Notes: generated by a model from the letters alone, not told the origin. DNA of 64,000 nucleotides from an uncultured Gammaproteobacteria bacterium (GCA_964506225.1 CAZDKH010000004.1:3262-67261), one strand, 5' to 3'. Numbered from the stretch's first letter, positions 9,488 through 20,256 are shown. Numbers and translations are program-made.

Positions 9488-10201
9488 TCATGTCTTTAAC
9501 CTTTCCTTTGCCCTCTTATATACTTCTAACACCGAAATATTGTCAGGCATTTGGGGATGATGACTCATGGCAGAAATCACATCTTCCTCTCGGAAAGAAC
9601 CAGATAAAAGCAATCCCAAATGTTCTATATCACTTTGTCTAACTTGTCGTTTGGGATTTTTCACAAGACCTGAAACCCTAATGGCCCAAGTGGCAATAGT
9701 ATATGGAAGAGATTTTACCCAAAAAAAATATTCTTGTCCTTTTGAGTTTTTAATCGGGACTAGTACAGTGGGAACAACACTGCCATTTTTCAAACGATAA
9801 GAATTTTTGGAACCTTTTATTTTTTTAGCTTCCACAAATTGTAATTCTAGCCTTCTGAAATTCCTCTGATCTAGCAAAACATTGTATTCCAATCTATCAC
9901 ATGTCGTTTTAAGTAAATGTAAATTTAGGCCCGACACTGAAAGATTTTCCATTATAAAGGCAACTTTTTTGATACTTTTAGACAAATTAGACGTAAAAAC
10001 ATTCGTATCTATATCATTGTGTTTTAGTTCATAGCCCGTAAGTGCTTCGATAGCGTAACTTCCGCTTACCACTAGCCGTATCCCCCCAACATTATTAAAG
10101 TGAGAACTTACTGCAGAAAGTAACTGCAAATCAATATTCCTTATTGTTATAAAATCGGCTTTATTTTTTTCCCCTACTGGTATCTCGGTCTTTCTTATCA
10201 T
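9488..10201 (-). CDS. Pol-beta-superfamily nucleotidyltransferase
   Basis: VSGSYAIEALTG..HNDIDT = hG[GS]...DxD motif. Confidence 0.75.
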   Translation of the reverse strand: MIRKTEIPVGEKNKADFITIRNIDLQLLSAVSSHFNNVGGIRLVVSGSYAIEALTGYELKHNDIDTNVFTSNLSKSIKKVAFIMENLSVSGLNLHLLKTTCDRLEYNVLLDQRNFRRLELQFVEAKKIKGSKNSYRLKNGSVVPTVLVPIKNSKGQEYFFWVKSLPYTIATWAIRVSGLVKNPKRQVRQSDIEHLGLLLSGSFREEDVISAMSHHPQMPDNISVLEVYKRAKERLKT

Positions 10202-10226
10202 TTTCCAATATTTATTTTATTAATCT

Positions 10227-11417
10227 TTATATATTCGTATCCCTATCTAAACCCAACCTATCAAGAATAAGCTGGCGATATTTATCGGAATTCAAGAAGG
10301 GATTCAGATCGATTGGTACTCTAAGTCCTCCATTTGAAGTGGTTCCATATCCCTTAGTAACCGGAGAATCCAATGCTTCCCAATTTACTAATTTCATTAG
10401 GCTCTCAATTCTTATTTTGGCTTCGTTAAAGTTTTCAACTGGAGTTACAAGATCGACTTTTTCAGAACTTACTGCTTGCTTCATCGGAATATACTTTTCT
10501 CCAGAGACGATTTTTCTGCATATTTCAGCTACTTTATATCGCAAAGCACATTGTAGTAAAAAATCAGATGCTACTTCGGTAGCCCACGGATACTTTTGCA
10601 GTATCTGTTTGGCCACTTTATTTGCAGTTTTAGGTTTATAAACAAGAGACTTGCGAGTAAAAGCATCTAAGTCATTAACTGACTTAGCGGCTCTAAAGTG
10701 TCTTAACCGTGCCTGAATGTGATCAGTAATATCTAACCTCGCAAAGTGAAGAAAAGCAGATTTAAGAACTACCTTTCTATCCTTTTCTGGCACTAGACTA
10801 TTCATTCGACTATCGGATGTGATATTTTGACAACCAAACATCACCCCAATAATACTTGTGTCTACCAAAAGCAAGCTTCCTTTTAGCCTTTTTCTCGGTC
10901 TGTGTTTATAGGTAAATTCCCTTGCTAAAGGATGTTTGTCAGCTTCAAAAATACGCATAAAGACTATTTGTTGTGGACTTAACTTAATTTTGGATTCCGT
11001 AATTATTTCTAAAGGATAAGTTGCATAATTCGACCCAACTACAGGCTTATCGCCTTCATTCCACAAATTAGCCAATGCCATGGGAAGTCTTGAGATATCT
11101 GCGTCAGTTAGGAAGATTCGCTTATATCCTTCCTCGGCAGCAAGTTGTCCAATTGCTTTTTCGGCATTTACTATTCCAGGAGGAGTTTTTATAAACACGA
11201 TGTCGGCATTATATAAAGAACGATTTATGTGATAGGGAATTGGATTTTCTTGAGAGATTTTTGGGCCGTTTACTCCTACCACTATCTTTGCATCAATATT
11301 TAATTTGTGAAGGCATTCATCAAGGTTTTTTAGACAAGCTTCAAGTACTTCTACGCCCTCACCCTCATAAAAAGGGACTCCAACAATTGTTCTTTTATCA
11401 GTTATCCGCTTATTCAT
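10227..11417 (-). CDS. divergent GT-A-fold (GT2-like) glycosyltransferase with C-terminal extension
   Basis: VGVPFYE, VVGVNG, FLTDADI (DxD), GSLLL, QARLRH. Confidence 0.65.
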   Translation of the reverse strand: MNKRITDKRTIVGVPFYEGEGVEVLEACLKNLDECLHKLNIDAKIVVGVNGPKISQENPIPYHINRSLYNADIVFIKTPPGIVNAEKAIGQLAAEEGYKRIFLTDADISRLPMALANLWNEGDKPVVGSNYATYPLEIITESKIKLSPQQIVFMRIFEADKHPLAREFTYKHRPRKRLKGSLLLVDTSIIGVMFGCQNITSDSRMNSLVPEKDRKVVLKSAFLHFARLDITDHIQARLRHFRAAKSVNDLDAFTRKSLVYKPKTANKVAKQILQKYPWATEVASDFLLQCALRYKVAEICRKIVSGEKYIPMKQAVSSEKVDLVTPVENFNEAKIRIESLMKLVNWEALDSPVTKGYGTTSNGGLRVPIDLNPFLNSDKYRQLILDRLGLDRDTNI

Positions 11418-11492
11418 AAAACTATGGGTTATTATAGTCTTTTTAAACTTGGAATTCTACTTTAAATTGCAAGAAAGAATAACCTTAAGCGA

Positions 11493-12101
11493 CTAAATTT
11501 TACTTATTAGCTCCATAATTGCATTATTATATGCATCATAGACTTCATCTAGGTTAGATTCAGCATTGATATCTATCACTGGAATTATTTTTCCAAGTTT
11601 TTCTATAGCATTCTTTGTGTAATCTAAATAGTCGCGATAACGCCTTTCCGCAAATTCAGAATCTGATTCACACACAATTCTTTCGCCGTTTCTTCTACCC
11701 CTTGCCGAAAGTCTTTGTCGAGAATTTTCCAAAGAAATTTCTAGACTAATACAACCAAGTAGGGTATGATTTCCTTTATCTATTGCTGTCAAAAAATGTT
11801 CTATAGCATCAGGGAACATCGGATATCCATCTACAATCACGAGTGAATTTTCTGGATATCTCGAAATAGATTCAAATATTACCCCATTAACAACTTCATG
11901 CCTTAATGGTGATGAAGCGTTAGACGAATTTATAATAGGTTCAAAAACTGAGTTCCTAACGCCAGTGCGTATATCTCTAAGACAGTTTCCCGCTGAAATA
12001 TGGAAGACTACTAATTCATTTCCTGAAAGATTAGCAAATCTTTCTGAAAGAGTAGATTTTCCTGATCCGGGAGGGCCGAGAACTACAATTATTTTTGCCA
12101 T
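11493..12101 (-). CDS. adenylate-kinase-like nucleoside monophosphate kinase
   Basis: GPPGSGKST, HISAGNCLRD, VDGYP; ATG 12101 has TATAAT 7 nt upstream. Confidence 0.85.
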   Translation of the reverse strand: MAKIIVVLGPPGSGKSTLSERFANLSGNELVVFHISAGNCLRDIRTGVRNSVFEPIINSSNASSPLRHEVVNGVIFESISRYPENSLVIVDGYPMFPDAIEHFLTAIDKGNHTLLGCISLEISLENSRQRLSARGRRNGERIVCESDSEFAERRYRDYLDYTKNAIEKLGKIIPVIDINAESNLDEVYDAYNNAIMELISKI

Positions 12102-12324
12102 GTGGGAATTATAAGATTTAGGCATAAAAAATTGCAAATACTGTTTTAAAAATAGTAATTTCTGAGAAATAGGGAAAATAGGACTACCAAAATTTGAGTA
12201 GCAATTTGAAGCTTAAACAATTACGATCTTAAACAAAAGCTTCTAACTCTGTCCGCTTAAAAGATGTCTAAAGTATAACTGGTGGTACAATTTTAAAAAT
12301 TCAGAATTTTTGCTATCATAGCCG

Positions 12325-12570
12325 ATGGTGGAAAGAAGAATAATTACCGAGGTTCCAAAAATTGACCCAAAGAAAAAAAAAATAATAGGTAGTACCTTCG
12401 GGATGTGTTACTCAGGGTGTATGTTTAATGCAAGAACCCTAGAAGGCCCTGGTTTATGCCTTCTTTTGAAGCCTCACCTTGCTCGAGTTGCGCTTAAAAG
12501 ATATAAAGATAATCCCTTAAAATTACCCCAAAACAACGATTGTCCAGCTAATATTGTTGTAATAAATTAG
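12325..12570 (+). CDS. small hypothetical Cys-containing protein
   Basis: 81-aa ORF with TATCAT just upstream; four Cys. Confidence 0.55.
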   Translation: MVERRIITEVPKIDPKKKKIIGSTFGMCYSGCMFNARTLEGPGLCLLLKPHLARVALKRYKDNPLKLPQNNDCPANIVVIN

Positions 12571-12576
12571 AGCAAG

Positions 12577-13257
12577 GTGATTCCTGATTTTTCTTACGAA
12601 AAAAAACTTTGGAGGAGGGGATTTAGATTTATTGCCGGAGCTGATGAAGTGGGAAGGGGAGCTTTTGCAGGTCCGGTAGTCGCTGCCGCAGTTACCTTTG
12701 CTCCAATCACCAATTCTCAATTTCCAATCTTCAATGAGAATTTAGATTTGGTGATCAATGATTCCAAACAACTTCGACCAAAGCAAAGAGAAATTGCTGC
12801 CAAGTGGATCAAAGAAAATGCACTCACCTGGGGAATTGGGGAGTCTCCTGTGAACTTAATTAACAGATTTGGAATGGCCAAGGCCACAAATATGGCTTTC
12901 AGAAAAGCAATTGCCAACGCCAACTTAAAATTAAAAGCCAAGATAGGCAAGTCCGCGGCAATTGATTATCTTTTGGTTGATGCTTTTTTTGTGCCATATT
13001 TGAAGGGTATAAAAAGAAAAAACCAAAAAGCGATAATCAAAGGAGACACAAAATCGATAAGTATTGCCGCCGCCTCTATTATTGCTAAAGTTCACCGGGA
13101 TAAAATCATGCTTAGACTTTCTAAAAATCCCAAATACAAAGATTATAAATGGGGTAAAAACAAAGGATACGGCACAAAGGACCACAGAAGTGTTATCCTT
13201 AGAAAGGGAATCTGCCGACTTCACAGAAAGCAGTTTGTAAGAAGAATAATTTTTTAA
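12577..13257 (+). CDS. rnhB: ribonuclease HII
   Basis: GADEVGRGAFAGPV, NDSKQL, SIAAASIIAKV. Confidence 0.96.
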   Translation: MIPDFSYEKKLWRRGFRFIAGADEVGRGAFAGPVVAAAVTFAPITNSQFPIFNENLDLVINDSKQLRPKQREIAAKWIKENALTWGIGESPVNLINRFGMAKATNMAFRKAIANANLKLKAKIGKSAAIDYLLVDAFFVPYLKGIKRKNQKAIIKGDTKSISIAAASIIAKVHRDKIMLRLSKNPKYKDYKWGKNKGYGTKDHRSVILRKGICRLHRKQFVRRIIF

Positions 13258-13454
13258 TATTCTCTTTTCTTTTCTATCTCCCTTAAATGTTTGATGCGGT
13301 ACTTTCGCTCTTTTCTTTTTTCGGCGCCGCTTTTGAAAAATTTACGCTCGCGGGCTTCAGGGATTATGCCCTCGAAAAGAACCTTTTTGCGAAATCTGGC
13401 AATAAGTTTTTCGTCGGATTCTCCTGCTTTTTTCTTGACCACAATCAAAGTCAA
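13254..13454 (-). CDS. rpsU: 30S ribosomal protein S21
   Basis: GESDEKLIARFRKKV..GI..EARERKFF. Confidence 0.88.
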   Translation of the reverse strand: MTLIVVKKKAGESDEKLIARFRKKVLFEGIIPEARERKFFKSGAEKRKERKYRIKHLREIEKKREY

Positions 13455-13545
13455 TCGCCCCCCTTCTAGATAAAATTTTTATCATGAGATTACACCTCTT
13501 GGGCTTATTGTAGCAGATGATTCAAAAAATAAAAAATCGATATTA

Positions 13546-14702
13546 TCAAACTGCCTTTTGAAGAAGAATTTCTGGATCTTCAATAATCTGGAGAGCTTCT
13601 TTTATCCACGGTATATCTTCTTTCTCCACTGTCCATCTTGTTTCTGGTGGTCTCCAGATACTTCTGTCTGATTTATCAACGTCAAAAACATAAAATCCTG
13701 TTGCGCCATATGCACGGGATAAAAACATGGCCTAAAAGAGCCAATCACCACGTCTTTGCAAATATGCGCTATTTGCTTCTGTAACCCTGAAAGCAACCTT
13801 TCCTCCAAGGCGCCTTTGAAGAAAATCTAAATTATTCTCAAAGATTTCTCTCGGCGTGCAGTTGCCTCTTAAAAAAGGTGGTAAATCGCCAACCTCGTTA
13901 ATTTCCTGTAAAGGAACAAAATAATTGTACCCTTCGATTCCCAATGCAAAGCTGACAAATTTATGTCCTGAGTATTCATCTGGTGTGAGGATATAATCTT
14001 GAAAATTCTCGTTTGACCACAATGAAGGGACCAAAATCACTTTGTGTCTGTTTTTTTCAAAAATATAGGTTGCTTTTCTAAAAAGCCCAAAAAACTTTCT
14101 TAATCTTGCCTTTTGGAAATGCCGTAAAGATTGTAGGAAAAAGCTTCACTTGGAAAATTGGTGTTGGCTTCAAACCAAGGTCTTAATTCAAAAATTTTTA
14201 GAAAAGGTTTTGAATTTTCCTCAACCTGATATAAGCCTTCTTCCCAGTAGGGTAAATTCTCTTTTGAAAAGGGATGACCATACCAGTTTCTTCTGTAGGA
14301 GGTGACGCTTAGATTATTTATCCCACCTTTTTTATCAACTTCAAGCATCCAGGGAATTAAAATTTGCTCACAAAAATTCCTGTCCATAAGCTGGTTAAAA
14401 CTTACAAAAATTCCGACCACAATTCTGTCAATTTCTAAAATTTTTCTAATCTCATCAATTCTCTCTAGGGCAGATTCGGTATCGGCAGGATTTTCGCGGT
14501 GAGGATATATCCCTTGAACAAAATCTTTATTTTGATACCTTTTCAACCTCTCTACCAACCAGTTTGCGTCTAGCGAATAGTCTTTGCCTTCTTGAAACTT
14601 TGAGAAAATGAGGGGGGAGAAAACAAATGATGTTCCGGCAAGTAATTTGAGGCCGAATCTCAAAAATTTCCTTCTTGTTAGTCTTTCTGGCCCATTTGTC
14701 AT
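13546..14702 (-). pseudogene. GH26-like (clan GH-A) secreted glycoside hydrolase, disrupted
   Basis: TRRKFL signal; LRPWFEAN, GIEGYN, VTEAN motifs; frameshift near 14100 and in-frame TAG 13732-13734. Confidence 0.65.
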
Positions 14703-14830
14703 TTTTGGGCAATAGTAGAGAAATTTGTTTAGTTTCTAGATGGTCTTTATTTATTATACTACAGGTCTTTTGTTGCCCTTCGGCTATTAATCGAATAAGA
14801 TAGTAATAAGGAAAGTAAGTTTCTTGGAGA

Positions 14831-16072
14831 ATGTTTAAAAGAACCAGAACAGTATTTCTTAAAGACCCTTCATTTCCAAAAGTGATAACACTTTCGCTGA
14901 TTTTGTTTTTTATCTTTCTGGCTGATGCGATTTTATCCTTCTGGGCGCCTACTTTTATTGAGGATTCTTTTGAAAGCCCATTTTTAATGGGGCTTATCAT
15001 GAGCTTTTCCTCAATAGTGGGTTTTGGTGCGGATGTTATCCTTCCACAAATCATTAAGGGAATTTCGGTTAGAAAACTTTTGTTTTTGTCGATTATATTA
15101 AGTTTAATTTTTGCCCTGAGTCTTTTTAGCGCCACATTTAGGCCATACTTGGCCATTTTTCTTTTGGCCATGGCGATTTGGGGAGTATATTACGAGTTTT
15201 TGGGTTTTGCTAATCAGCAGTTTGTTTCAGATTCGGTTCCTTTTAAGTCTCACTCTACAGCTTGGGCGATTATCAGTGTTTTTAAGAATCTGGCCTATTT
15301 TTTGGGCCCGCTTTTTGCCGGCTGGTTACTTTATTTGAGTGAGGGTTTTCTGGTTTCAGGTGTAATCTTTTTCTTGCTTATTGCCCTCCTTGTTTTTCTG
15401 ACTTCCTATAAAAATCACGCCAGACCCCTGGAAATTGACGTAACCCAAGTTAATCTGGGAAGTGAACTGGAACACTGGCTAGTTCTTTTTAGGAGAGTCT
15501 GGCCGATGGTGACAATGAGCCTTGTTTTGGGTTTGATTGATGCCACATTTTGGACAACTGGGGCAGTTTGGACTGAAAAGTTAAGTCAACAAAGCTTTTT
15601 TGGTAGTTTCTTTTTGCCTTTTTATACTCTGCCCTCGCTTTTTTTGGGATTTGTGGTAGCCAAGTGGGGAGTATTCTCTGGTAAAAAAAGAGTTGCGATA
15701 GTAAGTCTTTTGGCAGGCGGAATTTTACTTTTGTTTCTTGGAATAAGCGGGGCAATATGGCTTCAGTTATTTTTAGTGCTTCTTATAGCAACTTCCTTGT
15801 CGGTGACCTACCCTATGGTGGATGCTGTTTATTCTGATATTTTGGCAAGAATGGGCAGAAAGAGAAAACACCTTATCGGTCTTTCAAACTCAACAATAAG
15901 CATTTCCTATATTATTGGCCCTTCGTTGGCTGGATATGTAGCAGAGCAAATTGGGGAGAAATTGACCTTCTCTGTTTTGGGAATACTAACCTTTTTTGTG
16001 GCGGCATTTCTTTTTTTTACTACTCCAAAAAAGCTGCATCTACCCCAAAGAATTATCAAAATGTGGGACTAA
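14831..16072 (+). CDS. MFS transporter
   Basis: about 12 hydrophobic segments; duplicated YFLGPLFAG / YIIGPSLAG motif. Confidence 0.9.
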   Translation: MFKRTRTVFLKDPSFPKVITLSLILFFIFLADAILSFWAPTFIEDSFESPFLMGLIMSFSSIVGFGADVILPQIIKGISVRKLLFLSIILSLIFALSLFSATFRPYLAIFLLAMAIWGVYYEFLGFANQQFVSDSVPFKSHSTAWAIISVFKNLAYFLGPLFAGWLLYLSEGFLVSGVIFFLLIALLVFLTSYKNHARPLEIDVTQVNLGSELEHWLVLFRRVWPMVTMSLVLGLIDATFWTTGAVWTEKLSQQSFFGSFFLPFYTLPSLFLGFVVAKWGVFSGKKRVAIVSLLAGGILLLFLGISGAIWLQLFLVLLIATSLSVTYPMVDAVYSDILARMGRKRKHLIGLSNSTISISYIIGPSLAGYVAEQIGEKLTFSVLGILTFFVAAFLFFTTPKKLHLPQRIIKMWD

Positions 16073-18568
16073 TTTATAATATAAAAGCTTTACAGCTTCT
16101 GTTGTAACAAAATAACACCCTGTAAGTCCAATTATAACCGCAAGTGTTGCGATTGATGGGTGGGTAAACTTAAACCAAGTTTCTCCAATTTCAGAAGTTG
16201 GCAGGATGATTGTGGTAAAAAAAGCCAGAACACTAAAAAAAAGCAAAGTTTTTGAGGGCCTTCTGGTTTTGAAGAATAAGCCTTTTGTTCGAAGAGAAAA
16301 AATAATCGCCAACTCCGTCAGGACACTTGCTATAAACCAATTGGTTTGCAGTACCGCTGGTGAAATTCTAGAAAATATTACGAAGAAGATAAAATCAAAA
16401 ACTGTACTTACGGCTCCTAGTACGGTTGAGCTTACTGCAATCTCTTTGAGGGAATAGCTTTTGGGTCGGGCTACCTCATTTGTGTCTATATTGTCGGTAG
16501 CGATTGTTATCATTGGAAAATCTGATAAAAGGTCGAGTAAAAGGATTTGCACAGGAAGCATTGGTGGATAGTTAACAAGCAAAGATGCGGATGCAACTGC
16601 AAAAAAATTACCAAAATTAGAAGCAAGTGTGGCTTTAATGTATTTTGTGGTATTTCCCAAAAGACTTCGGCCCTCTTCAATACCATCGACAATCACATTT
16701 AGACTTGGTTGCAGCAAAACAATATCGGAGGAATCCTTGGCAATATCGGATGCTCCCTCAACCACCAAGCCGACATTTGCGGCATTTAAGGCGGGGGCGT
16801 CGTTGACTCCTTCACCTAAAAATCCTACCTCATGTTTTTTTGCCAACTTTTGAATTATTTCGTACTTTTGGTCAGGTGAAACTCTGGCGAATACACTGTA
16901 TTTTTCTACAGCCTCAGAGAACTCTTGCTCATTAAGAGCATATATTTCTGGGCCAGAAATCACATCATTTATATTTTTGATAATTCCAACTTCTTCGGCC
17001 ACCTTGCCGGCAACCTCTGGTGCATCTCCTGTGATAATTTTTATACTAACTCCGAGTTTTTTTGCTTTTGCCAGAGCTTCTTTGGCGGTTGGCTTTAAGG
17101 GGTCTTCAAATGAACAAAGACCTAAAAAGTCCATATTGTGTTCTTCTCTGGCAATCTCAATACTTGCCCTTGGGGGGACTTTTTTTCTGGCTATACCCAA
17201 GACTCTTTTTCCTGCCCTGCCTTCTTTTTTTAACCATAAGAGTATTTTCTCTTTATCTTTGATGTGTGAGCAAAGTCTTAAAATCTCCTCCGGAGCGCCA
17301 GCTGATAAAACAAATCCCTGGCTATAATCTTTTTGGCAAACATAAGAGCTGACCCTTCTTCTTAGGGGGTCAAAAGGAATTTCTTTAATTTTGAGAAAAT
17401 TTTTCAAAGATATTTTTTCTGAAAATGTCAGGGATTCAAAGATGGCTTTGGCAAAGGGATTTAAAAACGATTCGTTTTTGGGGTCTTCAAGAGCCAGAAA
17501 ACCCCAGATGACAAAATCTTTAAGATTATTTGGCTGAATTTGGGAAAGCTTCATTTGGTTTTGGGTAAGAGTGCCGGTCTTATCGCAGCAAAGAACCTCT
17601 ATACTGCCCAAATCTTCAATGGCCGAAAGTTTTTTGACAACGACTTTCTTTCTTGCAAGTTTTAGGGCGCCCTTAGAAAGGGAAAAAATGGTTACAACAG
17701 GTAAAGTTTCGGGTATGACGCTTATGGCAAGAGCAATACTAAAAATAGCAAATTCAAGGGGACGAAAATTATTACCTTTAATTACGATATTGACAGCAAA
17801 AACAAAAAGGCTGGTCACAAGAATTAACTTGAGAATAAAGTTTGATAGTTTGGCTATTCCTTTTTCATAACTTCCCGGCACCTCTTTTATAGAAGACAGT
17901 TTTGCTATCTTACCAAACGCTGTTTCTTTTCCGGTGGCGATAACCAGAGCCTTTGCAGAGCCTGTCAAGATTGTCGTTCCCGAAAAGCCAATGTTTTTAG
18001 CAAGATAAAACTCTTTAACTTTCTTCTTAAGTGCTTGAGGTTTTTTGAAAGCAGGCTCGGCCTCTCCGGTTAGGACAGACTCGTCTATTGACATCCCTTC
18101 GGTTTCCAAAAATCTGACGTCTGCTTGTATTTTATCCCCGGCAGCAAGAAGGACAACGTCTCCGGGCACTAACTCATAAGAATCAATAATTTTTTTCTTG
18201 CCGTCACGCAAAACAGTACTTTTTGCAACTATGAACTTTTTGAGAAGATTGAGCGTGTTGTTAGAACGGTATTCTTGGTAAAAACCCAAGATAATATCAA
18301 TAAAGACAAAAAGAAAAATTAGCAGACTGTCGATTGGTTCTCCAATAAAAAGGTAAACGGAAGCTGCCGCGATAAGAAGATAAATAAAAGGAGACTTAAG
18401 CTGGCGTATAAGAATATCAACCCAACCGGTCTTCTTGAGGTCAAGCGTGTTTGGGCCAACACTTTCCAATCTGGTTTTTGCCTCGTCGTTGGAGAGTCCA
18501 TTTTCTTTTGCTTTTAACTTTTCTAGAATTTCCTTTTGGGAAAGTGTGGTGTATTCCGCAAACCCCAT
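16040..18568 (-). CDS. P-type cation-transporting ATPase (MgtA-like)
   Basis: DKTGTLT, TGEA, IPETLP, GEGVNDAPAL, SNFGNFF. Confidence 0.93.
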   Translation of the reverse strand: MGFAEYTTLSQKEILEKLKAKENGLSNDEAKTRLESVGPNTLDLKKTGWVDILIRQLKSPFIYLLIAAASVYLFIGEPIDSLLIFLFVFIDIILGFYQEYRSNNTLNLLKKFIVAKSTVLRDGKKKIIDSYELVPGDVVLLAAGDKIQADVRFLETEGMSIDESVLTGEAEPAFKKPQALKKKVKEFYLAKNIGFSGTTILTGSAKALVIATGKETAFGKIAKLSSIKEVPGSYEKGIAKLSNFILKLILVTSLFVFAVNIVIKGNNFRPLEFAIFSIALAISVIPETLPVVTIFSLSKGALKLARKKVVVKKLSAIEDLGSIEVLCCDKTGTLTQNQMKLSQIQPNNLKDFVIWGFLALEDPKNESFLNPFAKAIFESLTFSEKISLKNFLKIKEIPFDPLRRRVSSYVCQKDYSQGFVLSAGAPEEILRLCSHIKDKEKILLWLKKEGRAGKRVLGIARKKVPPRASIEIAREEHNMDFLGLCSFEDPLKPTAKEALAKAKKLGVSIKIITGDAPEVAGKVAEEVGIIKNINDVISGPEIYALNEQEFSEAVEKYSVFARVSPDQKYEIIQKLAKKHEVGFLGEGVNDAPALNAANVGLVVEGASDIAKDSSDIVLLQPSLNVIVDGIEEGRSLLGNTTKYIKATLASNFGNFFAVASASLLVNYPPMLPVQILLLDLLSDFPMITIATDNIDTNEVARPKSYSLKEIAVSSTVLGAVSTVFDFIFFVIFSRISPAVLQTNWFIASVLTELAIIFSLRTKGLFFKTRRPSKTLLFFSVLAFFTTIILPTSEIGETWFKFTHPSIATLAVIIGLTGCYFVTTEAVKLLYYKLVPHFDNSLG

Positions 18569-18611
18569 TTCTTATTTCATTTTACTCCAAAACTTGTTAA
18601 AGTAATATCAA

Positions 18612-18968
18612 ATGGGTATAGATTTTAAGGCTAAGCTTTCAATACAAGAGATAAGCTTTTCTTCTTGGGCAAAGGAGCCTTCTTCTCAGCCGAGAAGTAT
18701 GATTATTGGCTCCAAAATTTGGGAAGTCAGAAAAGGGGAGAAAATCTACCTTAATTATGGAGGAGATTATTATCCGCTTGAGATAAAAGAAGTTGACGTT
18801 GATTTAGTGGTACTGCATACTGAAAATCTCAATGTACAGGGTTTTAGCGAAGGCAATGTTCTTCGCCCCGAACCTATGGATATTAATCTACACAAAGGCA
18901 AATTTGTGATTCTCAGAACCCCCACCTACGACTCTGGCATGAAGTGGAAAATAACCCTTATTTCGTAA
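18612..18968 (+). CDS. hypothetical protein
   Basis: 118-aa ORF with TAATAT just upstream. Confidence 0.6.
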   Translation: MGIDFKAKLSIQEISFSSWAKEPSSQPRSMIIGSKIWEVRKGEKIYLNYGGDYYPLEIKEVDVDLVVLHTENLNVQGFSEGNVLRPEPMDINLHKGKFVILRTPTYDSGMKWKITLIS

Positions 18969-19051
18969 GCTATTCTAAGATTTTTTTTCCTCCTTTCTTC
19001 TTTTTGGGGAAAGGCGTTTTAGAGAAAATTTGTATTATTTTAGATTAAGTC

Positions 19052-20058
19052 CTACTTTCTGGGTCTGAGATTCTCCTTTTTTTCAAGACTAACTTTTGTT
19101 TCGTTTGCAACCTGCCATTTTTGCAATAAAGAGCGTGCCTCATCAGATATCTGAATGTCTTGCCTATCTAACATTCTTTTCATACTATGACGGATAATAT
19201 CCAGTGGGGAAACCAGATGTTGACCTATTCCAACTTGGTAAACTCTTTCTGAACTCAAATTTTGCCAATCACCTGCTATTTCTTCATCATCTAAACTAAT
19301 TTGATTAGATGACCAAATATAGTCCCCACCCGAGAAACCATTTGCTCTGTAAAATCTTTGGAGTCTTTGGGATCTTTCAGTTGTATCTTTGTGATTATCA
19401 AACGGGTCTGGAGTTACTCTTATGTGTTTATATCTACCTTTTAAACCTTTAATGATTGCCCGCCCAACGCCTTGATTTTCAAATTTAGGATTTGTAACCA
19501 AGCGACTTAATACACCACCAGAGCCTGATTCTTTGAAGTAAGCGATACCCATTATCTCTCTAGCGGAATTTTTGAAAGTGTATATTTTTTGTTGGGGAGT
19601 GGGGTAGTCTTGAATATCCTTCAATATACTCCTGACCCAGTCTACATCAATCTCTGTAGGATTAAGATTTCTCATAAATTCTTCTACATCCTCCTTTGTA
19701 CCTTGGGAGAACTCTCCTTGAGGCGAAGGCTTTTTGGGTTTCTCTGCGATTGTTTTGTTTCTTATTAGCCAGACAGGCCTTTCTTCCTCGTCTTGCTTAA
19801 TCTTTACTTCAATTTTATCATCCGCTCCATATATACGATAGGGAACTCGGGGTTGTCCAAATTTAGTTCAGCCTTTTTGAATAAAAGAGGAGCGGGGTGC
19901 TCTTTGGCCAGTAGGTGTTCGGATTCCTGCCTTAGTTTTCTTTCTTCCTCATAAGCATTGTATCATTGATTCCCCTGATCTTTTGGCTTCTGTTGCAAGT
20001 TAGCTTCAGAAGTTGGTTTTTCTTTTACTTTTTTAGGTTGGCCTTCTCCTGATTCCAC
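19052..20058 (-). pseudogene. GNAT-domain protein with disrupted N-terminus (intact part 19052..19675)
   Basis: LVTNPKFENQGVGRAII and RFYRANGF; GTG 20058 with TATAAT 6 nt upstream; TGA near 19965 and frameshift near 19870. Confidence 0.65.
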
Positions 20059-20147
20059 AAAAATATTATAATCTATAGCAGATTCCAAGCATTAAGTTAT
20101 TTTATTGAAGTAACCTTAACTTTTTTATCTAACTTAAGTTTTATCAG

Positions 20148-20218
20148 CAGGCCCGGAGGGAATCGAACCCCCAACAAAGGTTTTGGAGACCTCTATTATG
20201 CCATTTAACTACGGGCCT
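20148..20218 (-). tRNA. tRNA-Trp(CCA)
   Basis: cloverleaf AGGCCCG..., anticodon loop CTCCAAA, GGTTCGATTCC. Confidence 0.95.
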
Positions 20219-20256
20219 AGGACAGCTCATTATAGCAAATTTAAAGGAGAAGGGGA

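Noticed and set aside
14527-15171. 214-aa minus-strand ORF
   Set aside because: Antisense shadow of the MFS transporter with no recognisable motifs; the same applies to most short overlapping ORFs in the track.
8290-20147. Prophage or integrative element at tRNA-Trp
   Set aside because: No integrase or phage genes, no duplicated tRNA 3' end found by eye, and core genes lie inside the interval.
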